DNA of 26,053 bases from Anaerolineae bacterium (GTDB taxonomy: Bacteria > Chloroflexota > Anaerolineae > S140-20). Numbering within the stretch: the first letter of the stretch is position 1; every line of letters begins with the position of its first letter. A program made the position numbers and the translations under genes. Location: NCBI GenBank assembly GCA_027021705.1, contig JALUTT010000139.1, forward strand, positions 1-26,053, read 5' to 3'. Positions 1-7,244 of this stretch are shown here, in pieces. Under the pieces are notes generated by a model. The model did no database searches. It was not told where the DNA came from and worked only from the letters and a program-made list of their open reading frames with translations.

Positions 1-1
1 G

Positions 2-1453
2 GGGGAGGTGGTGGCGGACCGGGCGGTGCGGCGGCTGCGGGAGCTGGGGCTGGTGGGGGAGGAGGGGGAGGTGCACCAGCTGCTGGCGGAGTTCGCCCGG
101 GGCCTGGCGGCGGAGGTGGAGGAGGGGGAAGAGGGAAGGGGAGAGGGGCTGGGGGTGATGGCCCGGGCGCTGGCCCGGCTGGCGCGGGAGGTGAACGAGG
201 AGGTGGACCGGACGGGGGAGTACGGGCGCTTCGCCCCCCTGGTGCCCCACCTGGAGACGGTGGCGGGGTGGGCGGAGGGAGCGGGGCTGGAGGAGGCAGG
301 ATCGCTTTGGGGCAATCTGGGCTACCATCTGCACGCTCTCGCCGACTACCGCCGGGCGCGGGCCTGCTACAAGCGGGCGCTGCGGATAGGTGAAGACGCT
401 TTCGGCTCCGACCACCCCGAAGTAGCTCTGGCGGCTAACAACCTAGGGAGCGTGCTGCAGGACTTGGGGGATTGGGCGGGAGCGCGGGCCTGCTACGAGC
501 GGGCGCTGCGGATAGACGAGGCCGCCTTCGGCCCTGACCACCCCAACGTCGCTACGCTGCTCAACAACCTAGGGGGTGTGCTGCAGGACCTGGGGGATTG
601 GGCGGGGGCGCGGGAGTGCTTGGAGCGGGCGCTGCAGATAGACGAGGCCACCTTCGGCCCTGACCACCCCAACGTAGCCCGCGACGTCAACAGCCTGGGG
701 GGTGTGCTGAAGGCCCTGGGGGACCTGGCCGGGGCGCGGGAATGCTACGAGCGGGCGTTGAGGATAGACGAGGCCGCCTTCGGCCCCGACCACCGCAACG
801 TGACCCGCGACGTCAACAACCTGGGGCTGGTGTTGCAGGCCTTGGGGGACCTGGCCGGGGCGCGGGAATGCTTGGAGCGGGCGCTGACCATCTGGGAGCA
901 GGCCCTGGGGCCTGACCATCCCCACGTGGCCTCGGCGGTCAACAACCTGGGGAGTGTGCTGCAGGACCTGGGGGACCTGGCCGGGGCGCGGGCCTGCTAC
1001 GAGCGGGCGCTGAGGATAGACGAGGCCGCCTTCGGCCCCGACCACCCCAAGGTGGCCATCCGCGTCAACAACCTGGGGGGTGTGCTGCAGGCCCTGGGGG
1101 ACCTGGCCGGGGCGCGGGCCTGCTACGAGCGGGCGTTGCGGATAGACGAGGCCGCCTTCGGCCCCGACCACCCCGAGGTGGCCCGCGACGTCAACAACCT
1201 GGGGAGTGTGCTGAAGGCCCTGGGGGACCTGGCCGGGGCGCGGGAATGCTACGAGCGGGCGCTGCGCATCTTCGAGCGCTTCCTGCCGCCGGATCACCCC
1301 CACATCCGCATCGTGCGCGAAAACCTGGACGGGCTGGAGCGCGGGCGGGGAGGAGTGCGAGGGTTGCTGCGCAAGGTGTGGGAGAGGCTGCGTAGACGCC
1401 GGGAGGAGGCGGTGGGGGGGGAGGCACCGAGGGATGAGGCACTGAGGCGCTGA
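2..1453 (+). CDS. TPR-repeat protein, 5'-truncated by the window edge; probably the C-terminal part of an NB-ARC/STAND NTPase-TPR (NLR-like) protein
   Basis: Frame is open from the window start. Eight 42-aa kinesin-light-chain-type TPRs (NNLG.VL..LGD.AGAR.CYERAL.I.E..FGPDHP). Upstream 'HQLLAEFAR' resembles the winged-helix MH motif of STAND proteins; the NTPase domain itself is not visible. Confidence 0.85.
   Translation, partial: GEVVADRAVRRLRELGLVGEEGEVHQLLAEFARGLAAEVEEGEEGRGEGLGVMARALARLAREVNEEVDRTGEYGRFAPLVPHLETVAGWAEGAGLEEAGSLWGNLGYHLHALADYRRARACYKRALRIGEDAFGSDHPEVALAANNLGSVLQDLGDWAGARACYERALRIDEAAFGPDHPNVATLLNNLGGVLQDLGDWAGARECLERALQIDEATFGPDHPNVARDVNSLGGVLKALGDLAGARECYERALRIDEAAFGPDHRNVTRDVNNLGLVLQALGDLAGARECLERALTIWEQALGPDHPHVASAVNNLGSVLQDLGDLAGARACYERALRIDEAAFGPDHPKVAIRVNNLGGVLQALGDLAGARACYERALRIDEAAFGPDHPEVARDVNNLGSVLKALGDLAGARECYERALRIFERFLPPDHPHIRIVRENLDGLERGRGGVRGLLRKVWERLRRRREEAVGGEAPRDEALRR
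314..1321 (+). repeat. Eight intragenic 126-bp tandem repeats encoding the TPRs
   Basis: The NLG/SLG codons recur at 314, 440, 566, 692, 818, 944, 1070 and 1196 with high nucleotide identity. Confidence 0.95.
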
Positions 1454-1514
1454 GGGGTGAGGTACTGAGGGATGAGGTGCTGAGGCACTGAGGGATGAGG
1501 CACTGGGGGCGGGA

Positions 1515-3042
1515 GGCTGTCAACGGATTTAGGGAACGGATTGAACGGATGGGGGGCTGGTGTTCCCAAGAGGGCTTGTCCAGACTTTCGTACCGCTTCG
1601 TGCTCTTTGAGCTCTTGGTGCCCTTCGTGTCTCTCGCCGTGGCCGGAGCGGACAGGCTGTCAACGGATTGGGGAACGGATAGCTGTCAACGGATTGAGGA
1701 ACGGATTGAACGGATTTGGAACGGATGGGGGGCTGGTGCTCCCAAGAGGGCTTGTCCAGCCTTTCGTACCGCTTTGTGCTCTTTGAGCTCTTGGTGCCCT
1801 TCGTGTCTCTCGCCGTGGCCGGAGCGGACAGGCTGTCAACGGATTGGGGAACGGATAGCTGTCAACGGATTGAGGAACGGATTGAACGGATTTGGAACGG
1901 ATGGGGGGCTGGTGCTCCCAAGAGAGCCTGTCCAGCTTTTCGTACCGCTTCGTGCTCTTTGAGCTCTTGGTGTCCTTCGTGTCTCTCGCCGTAGAACCGT
2001 GCTGCGCAACCTCATTCGTTCATTCGTTCGACATTCGTTGACCAGTCTGAGCTCTTGGTACCCTTCGTGTCTCTCGCTGTGGCCGGAGCGGACAAGCTGT
2101 CAACGGATTAAGGAACGGATAGCTGTCAACGGATTGAGGAACGGATTGAACGGATTTGGAACGGATGGGGGGCTGGTGCTCCCAAGAGAGCCTGTCCAGC
2201 TTTTCGTACCGCTTCGTGCTCTTTGAGCTCTTGGTGCCCTTCGTGTCTCTCGCCGTAGAACCGTGCTGCGTAACCTCATTCGTTCATTCGTTCGACATTC
2301 GTTGACCAGTCTGCGCTCTTGGTGCCCTTCGTGTCTCTCGCCGTGGCCGGAGCGGACAGGCTGTCAACGGATTGGGGAACGGATTGAGCGGACAAGGGAG
2401 CTTGTCCAGCCTTTCGTACCGCTTCGTGCTCTTTGAGCTCTTGGTGTCCTTCGTGTTTCTCGCCGTGGCCGGAGCGGACAGGCTGTCAACGGATTAAGGA
2501 ACGGATTGAACGGATGAGGGGGGCGGCAGTTCCGTTCAATCCGCTCTCCGAATCCGTTGACAGCAATCCGCTTTGGAACGGATTGGGCGGATGGGGGAGC
2601 GACCGTTCCGTTCAATCCGCTCTCCGAATCCGTTGACAGCAGTCCGCTTTGGAACGGATTGAACGGACAAGAGAGCTTGTCCAGCCTTTCGTACCGCTTT
2701 GTGCTCTTTGAGCTCTTGGTGCTCTTCGTGTCTCTCGCCGTGGCCGGAGCGGACAGGCTGTCAACGGATTGGGGAACGGATAGCTGTCAACGGATTGAGG
2801 AACGGATTGAACGGATTTGGAACGGATGGGGGGCTGGTGCTCCCAAGGGAGCTTGTCCAGCCTTTCGTACCGCTTCGTGCTCTTTGAGCTCTTGGTGTCC
2901 TTCGTGTCTCTCGCCGTGGCCGGAGCGGACAGGCTGTCAACGGATTAAGGAACGGATTGAACGGATGGAGGGGCGAGGCGCTGAGGGATGGGGCACTGAG
3001 GCACCGAGGGCTGTCAACGGATTGGGGAACGGATTGAGCGGA
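1515..3042. repeat. Complex non-coding tandem array, basic unit 176 bp with length variants
   Basis: Unit-start motif RGCTGTCAACGGATT at 1515, 1655, 1831, 2095, 2359, 2481, 2756, 2932 and 3009 (spacings 140, 176, 264, 264, 122, 275, 176, 77). Internal AACGGATT sub-repeats. Inverted sub-copies at 2531-2564 and 2607-2640. Flanked by GAGGCACT-like octamer tracts. Confidence 0.95.
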
Positions 3043-3054
3043 CCGGTGCCTCCT

Positions 3055-3226
3055 CCGGTCGGCGGTCGGCCATACAGTCCTCGGTCCTCAGTCCTCAGTC
3101 CTCAGTCCACCGCTACGCCGCTGGCCGCTAGGTCGCTACGCCGCTCGGCCCTCAGTGCCTCGGTCCTCGGTGCCTCAGCCCTCGGCCCGCCGCTACGCCG
3201 CTAACCGCTAACCGGCTAACCGCTAC
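3055..3226. repeat. Composite short-repeat tract (CTCAGTC)n-(CCGCTAGG-like)n-(CTCAGTGC-like)n-(CCGCTAA)n
   Basis: Directly visible 7-8-mer repeats; reverse-complement relative of the tracts at 5497 and 7092. Confidence 0.85.
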
Positions 3227-3227
3227 T

Positions 3228-5486
3228 ATGTTCCGACCCTGGACCCATCTCCTCCTCGCCATCGGACTGGCCATCGCTGGCCTCGCAGCCCTCGACCGGC
3301 TGGGAGCCCGGGCTCCCTATCCCCGCCCCCTCCCGCCGCCCGACGAGCCCTCCACCCTCCCACCGACGGCCCCACCGACGCCCACCCCCCCGCCGCCCAC
3401 CGAGGGCGGTCGGCGGTCGGCGGTCGGCGGTCGCCCACCGGCCGTCGGCGGTCGTCCACCGGCGGTCGTCTACCGTCGGTCCTCCATCGTCATCCCCACC
3501 TACCCCTACACTCCCTACCTCTCCTGGTCCACCCATCCCACCTACCGCATCCGCTTCCCGGTCCTGGACTGGGGGGCCTACCGGGCCGGCCACCCCGCCC
3601 CCCGCCCCGTCTCCTACGCCCTCCTGGTCCTGGAGAACGCCCACCTGCGCCTCACCCTGCTGCCCGAACTGGGCGGGCGCGTCTACGAGCTGGTCTTCAA
3701 GCCTATCGGCGACAACTTCCTCTACCGCAACCCCGTCGTCAAGCCGGCCCCCTGGGGGCCGCCCGACCAGGGGTGGTGGCTCGCCGTCGGCGGGCTGGAG
3801 TGGGCCTTCCCCGTCGAAGAGCACGGCTACGAGTGGGGCCTCCCCTGGCCCTACGCCGTCGTCACCGGCAGCCGAGGGATCACCGTGACGCTGTGGGATA
3901 CGACGGCCACCGACCGGGTGCGGATGCGGGTTGCCGTCCACCTCCCCGCCCGCGAGGCCCGGGTCCGCCTTAGCTTCCGCCTGGAGAACCCCACCTCGGC
4001 CCCCCTGCCGGTCAAGTACTGGACCACCGGGATGCTGGCCCCGGGGCCGGCCAACGCCCCCTCGGCCGACCTCCGATTTCTCTTCCCCACCCAGGCCGTC
4101 ACCGTCCACTCCACCGGTGATCCGGCGCTGCCGGGGGCCGGCGAGCCGATGGCCTGGCCCTTCTACGAGGGACGGGATATGAGCCGGCTGGGCAACTGGC
4201 GCCAGTGGCTGGGCTTCTTCGAGGCCCCGGCCGCCCATGGCCCCTTCGTCGCCGTCTACGACGAGGCGGCCGACGCCGGCCTGGTGCGCACCTTCCCCCC
4301 CGCCGTCGCCCGGGGGGCCAAGGGCTTCGCCTTCGGCTGGTCGGATCCGCTCCCCTCCGACCTCTGGACCGACGACGGCTCCGGCTACGTCGAACTCCAC
4401 GGCGGGATCGCCCCCACCTTCGAGGCGAGCCGCCTCCTCCCCGCCGGGGGAGCCCTCACCTGGAGCGAGACCTGGTATCCGGTGGTCGGCATCGGCGGGC
4501 TGACGACGGCGACGGCCGAGGCCGCCCTTCGGCTGGAGCGGGTGGGGGACCGGTTCGCCCTGGGCCTCTACAGCCCCGTGGAGCGGTCGGGGAGCCGCCT
4601 CTTCCTCTGGCGGCGGGCCGACTGCGCCCTCCTGGGGAGCTGGACCTTCCCCACCTTCGGCCCGACCACCCCCTTCCAACGGTGGGTTCCGGCCCAGGGC
4701 CTCTCCCCCGACGCGGTCTCCCTGGTCTACCTGGACGCCGGGGGCCGCCTCTTGGCCGGCGTGGCTCCCCAGGACTGCCTGCCCCCCACCGCCTCCGTGG
4801 CCCCCCTGCCCCCCTACGTCTCCACGACGACGGTCCACCTCCGCTGGGCGGGCGAGGACGCCTGGACCGGCGTCGTCGCCTACGACCTCCAGGTGCGGGA
4901 TGGATACGAGGGGGCCTGGACCGACTGGCTGACCCGGACGGCGGCCATCAGCGCCACCTTCCGGGGGGAGGCCGGCCACACCTACTTCTTCCGGGTGCGG
5001 GCCTACGACGGCGCCGGCAACGTCGGCTCCTACGGCGACGCCGAGGGGGGCGACACCTTCACCTCCCTCCTGATCACGCCGACGCCGGTCCTGGTCACCT
5101 CCCGCAAGGAGGTCCTCACCCCCTTCGTGGGGCCGGAGGAGCCGGTGGTCTACCGGGTGCAGCTCCGCAACACCGGCAATCTGACCGCCTGGGGGCTGCG
5201 GCTCACCGACCGCCTCCCCGCCGGGCTGTTTCTCCTCTCCGGCAGCCTGACGGCGACGGGCGGAACCCTGGGCGGCAGCGGCGGCTTGCTCCTCTGGCAG
5301 GGGGTGCTGCCCCCCCTGGCCCAGACCATCCTCACCTACCGGCTCACCGCCACGGCCGCCGCCCCCCTCCTGGCCCCGCTGACCAACGCCATCACCCTCA
5401 CCGGCGACGCCGTCGCCCCCCTCGTCCGCCGCGCCACCGTCCGGCGGGCCTACCGCGCCTGGCTGCCGGTGGTGGTGGGGCGTTGA
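3228..5486 (+). CDS. Secreted DUF5107-like protein with FN3-like and DUF11-like C-terminal domains
   Basis: Hydrophobic N-terminus and Pro/Thr linker. 'LENAHLRLTLLPELGGRVYEL' is DUF5107-like, 'YDLQVRDG..W..YFFRVRAYDGAGN' is FN3-like and 'YRVQLRNTG..LTDRLPAGL' is DUF11-like. Ends in the Chloroflexi-type 'WLPVVVGR'. Confidence 0.8.
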   Translation: MFRPWTHLLLAIGLAIAGLAALDRLGARAPYPRPLPPPDEPSTLPPTAPPTPTPPPPTEGGRRSAVGGRPPAVGGRPPAVVYRRSSIVIPTYPYTPYLSWSTHPTYRIRFPVLDWGAYRAGHPAPRPVSYALLVLENAHLRLTLLPELGGRVYELVFKPIGDNFLYRNPVVKPAPWGPPDQGWWLAVGGLEWAFPVEEHGYEWGLPWPYAVVTGSRGITVTLWDTTATDRVRMRVAVHLPAREARVRLSFRLENPTSAPLPVKYWTTGMLAPGPANAPSADLRFLFPTQAVTVHSTGDPALPGAGEPMAWPFYEGRDMSRLGNWRQWLGFFEAPAAHGPFVAVYDEAADAGLVRTFPPAVARGAKGFAFGWSDPLPSDLWTDDGSGYVELHGGIAPTFEASRLLPAGGALTWSETWYPVVGIGGLTTATAEAALRLERVGDRFALGLYSPVERSGSRLFLWRRADCALLGSWTFPTFGPTTPFQRWVPAQGLSPDAVSLVYLDAGGRLLAGVAPQDCLPPTASVAPLPPYVSTTTVHLRWAGEDAWTGVVAYDLQVRDGYEGAWTDWLTRTAAISATFRGEAGHTYFFRVRAYDGAGNVGSYGDAEGGDTFTSLLITPTPVLVTSRKEVLTPFVGPEEPVVYRVQLRNTGNLTAWGLRLTDRLPAGLFLLSGSLTATGGTLGGSGGLLLWQGVLPPLAQTILTYRLTATAAAPLLAPLTNAITLTGDAVAPLVRRATVRRAYRAWLPVVVGR

Positions 5487-5496
5487 GGGGGGAGGG

Positions 5497-5653
5497 CGGC
5501 ATAGCGGCCTAGCGACTGGCGGCATAGCGACTGGCGGCATAGCGGCTAGCGGCCTAGCGAACTAGCGGCGTAGCGGCGGACTGAGGACCAAGGACCACTC
5601 GACCACCCGACCAAGTGACCAAGCGACCACCCGACCAAGCGGCCACCCGACCA
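5497..5653. repeat. Composite short-repeat tract (TAGCGGCC)n-(GGACTGA)n-(GACCAAGC/GACCACCC)n
   Basis: Directly visible; same block order as the reverse complement of 25430-25553. Confidence 0.85.
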
Positions 5654-5660
5654 CCCCCGG

Positions 5661-5689
5661 TTGCCCCCCGCCCCAAGCCGGGGTATAAT
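5661..5689 (+). promoter_or_regulatory. Putative sigma70 promoter of recF
   Basis: TTGCCC (5661-5666), 17 bp, TATAAT (5684-5689); a perfect -10 in GC-rich DNA. Confidence 0.65.
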
Positions 5690-5714
5690 CCGCCTTGGAG
5701 AACGCGCCGCCTCC

Positions 5715-5840
5715 TCACGCCCCACGCACTACGCGACACGCATCACGCATCACGCATCACGTATCACGCATCACGCATCACGCATCACACATCACACATC
5801 ACGCATCACATATCACGCATCACGTATCACGCACCACGCA
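5715..5840. repeat. Heptamer microsatellite (TCACGCA) x18, degenerate, in the recF leader
   Basis: 18 consecutive 7-bp units ending 6 nt before the recF ATG. Confidence 0.95.
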
Positions 5841-5846
5841 ACCCGT

Positions 5847-7094
5847 ATGTACGTTTCCCACCTGAGTCTCACCAACTTCCGCAACTACAGCCGGCTGGAG
5901 CTGGACCTGCCGCCCGGCCCGGTGCTCCTCTACGGGGCCAACGCCCAGGGGAAGACCAGCCTCCTGGAGGCCATCTTCTACCTGGCCACCTCCCGCTCCC
6001 CCCACACGACGACCGACCGGGAGCTGATCAACTGGCTGGCGGAGGAGGAGCTGCCCCATCCCTACGCCCGGCTGATGGTGGAGCTGGTGCGGGAGCGGGC
6101 GGCGGAGGGCGAGGAGGCACGGCGGCAGCGGATCGAGATCGCCCTGCAGAAGGTGCCCGCCCCGGGCCGGGGCCGGCTGCGCAAGCAGATCCGCGTCAAC
6201 GGCGTTCCCCGCCGGGCGATGGACCTGCTGGGCCACCTCAACGTCGTCCTCTTCCTGCCCCAGGACGTGAACCTGGTGGCCGGCTCGCCCGAAGGCCGCC
6301 GCCGCTACCTGGACATCACCCTCTGCCAGGTGGACCGGGACTACTGCCGCGCCCTGAGCCGCTACAACCACGCCCTCGCCCAGCGCAACGCCCTGCTCCG
6401 CCAGTGGCAGGAGCGCCGGGTGGACCCCGACGAGCTGGCCTACTGGGACGAACTGCTCACCCGCCACGGCGTCGTCATCCTGCTGGGCCGTCAGGCCCTC
6501 ATCGCCGAGCTGAGCCGGCGGGCCGCCCCCATCCACCGGGAACTGACGGGTGGGGCGGAGCGGCTGCGCCTGGACTACCGCCCCAGCTTCTTCCCCCCCC
6601 ACGAGGGCGAGACCGTTCCCGAGACCCCACTGCCCGACACCCCCGAACGGCGGGAGCGCTGGCAGCGGGCCTACCGGGCCGCCCTGGAAGCCCGCCGGGC
6701 CGAGGAGATCGCCCGGGGGGCCACGCTGCTCGGCCCCCACCGGGACGAACTGCGCTTCCTGGTCAACGACACCGTGGACCTGGGCACCTACGGCTCCCGG
6801 GGCCAGCAGCGGACGGCCGTCCTGGCCCTCAAGCTGGCCGAGGTGGAGTGGATGCGGGAGCGGACGGGGGAGTGGCCCGTGCTCCTCCTGGACGAGGTGC
6901 TGGCCGAGTTGGACCCTCAGCGCCGCCGCTACCTCCTCTCCCGGATCAACGGGGCCGGCCAGGTCCTGGTGACCACCTCGGACCCCGCCCTCTTCGACGA
7001 GGCCTTTCTCCGGCGGGCCGCCCGGTTCCGCGTGGAGGGGGGGAGGGTGGTGGCGGAGGGGGAGGCAACGGGGGATGAGGTGACGAGGCACTGA
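5847..7094 (+). CDS. recF: DNA replication and repair protein RecF
   Basis: MYVSHLSLTNFRNY start, Walker A G.NAQGKT, 'GSPEGRRRYLD', 'GPHRDEL', 'GSRGQQRT..LALKLAE', 'PVLLLDEVLAELD'. Start placed at ATG 5847; the ORF-track extension is microsatellite. Confidence 0.97.
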   Translation: MYVSHLSLTNFRNYSRLELDLPPGPVLLYGANAQGKTSLLEAIFYLATSRSPHTTTDRELINWLAEEELPHPYARLMVELVRERAAEGEEARRQRIEIALQKVPAPGRGRLRKQIRVNGVPRRAMDLLGHLNVVLFLPQDVNLVAGSPEGRRRYLDITLCQVDRDYCRALSRYNHALAQRNALLRQWQERRVDPDELAYWDELLTRHGVVILLGRQALIAELSRRAAPIHRELTGGAERLRLDYRPSFFPPHEGETVPETPLPDTPERRERWQRAYRAALEARRAEEIARGATLLGPHRDELRFLVNDTVDLGTYGSRGQQRTAVLALKLAEVEWMRERTGEWPVLLLDEVLAELDPQRRRYLLSRINGAGQVLVTTSDPALFDEAFLRRAARFRVEGGRVVAEGEATGDEVTRH

Positions 7095-7240
7095 GGACTC
7101 TGTACGACCGCCGACCGCCGATCTAGCGGCCTAGCGGCTGGCGGCCTAGCGGCCTAGCGGTGGACCGAGGACTGAGGACCGAGGACTAAGGACTGAGGAC
7201 TGAAGACTGACTGAGGACTGAGGACTGAGGACCGAGGACT
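7092..7240. repeat. Composite short-repeat tract (GACCGCC)n-(CTAGCGGC)n-(GGACTGA)n
   Basis: Fills the interval between recF and the acyl-CoA synthetase gene. Confidence 0.9.
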
Positions 7241-7244
7241 TTCT

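Noticed and set aside
314..1321. Diversity-generating retroelement acting on the TPR repeats
   Set aside because: No reverse transcriptase or template repeat in the window, and differences are not adenine-specific.
1515..3042. CRISPR or guide-RNA array
   Set aside because: Units repeat along their whole length with no unique spacers, and there are no cas genes in the window.
1495..3204. ORFs inside array 1 (and those inside 20551-21800)
   Set aside because: They are translations of non-coding repeats in several frames; unit lengths are mostly not multiples of 3.
3216..5540. Long minus-strand ORFs (also 5820-7091, 7254-8879, 9595-11001, 19206-20576, 21848-23671, 23604-24875)
   Set aside because: Antisense shadows of high-GC genes with no recognisable motifs.
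5661..5846. N-terminal 'ITHHASR' extension of RecF
   Set aside because: It starts at the predicted -35 box and is translated microsatellite; family homology begins at ATG 5847.
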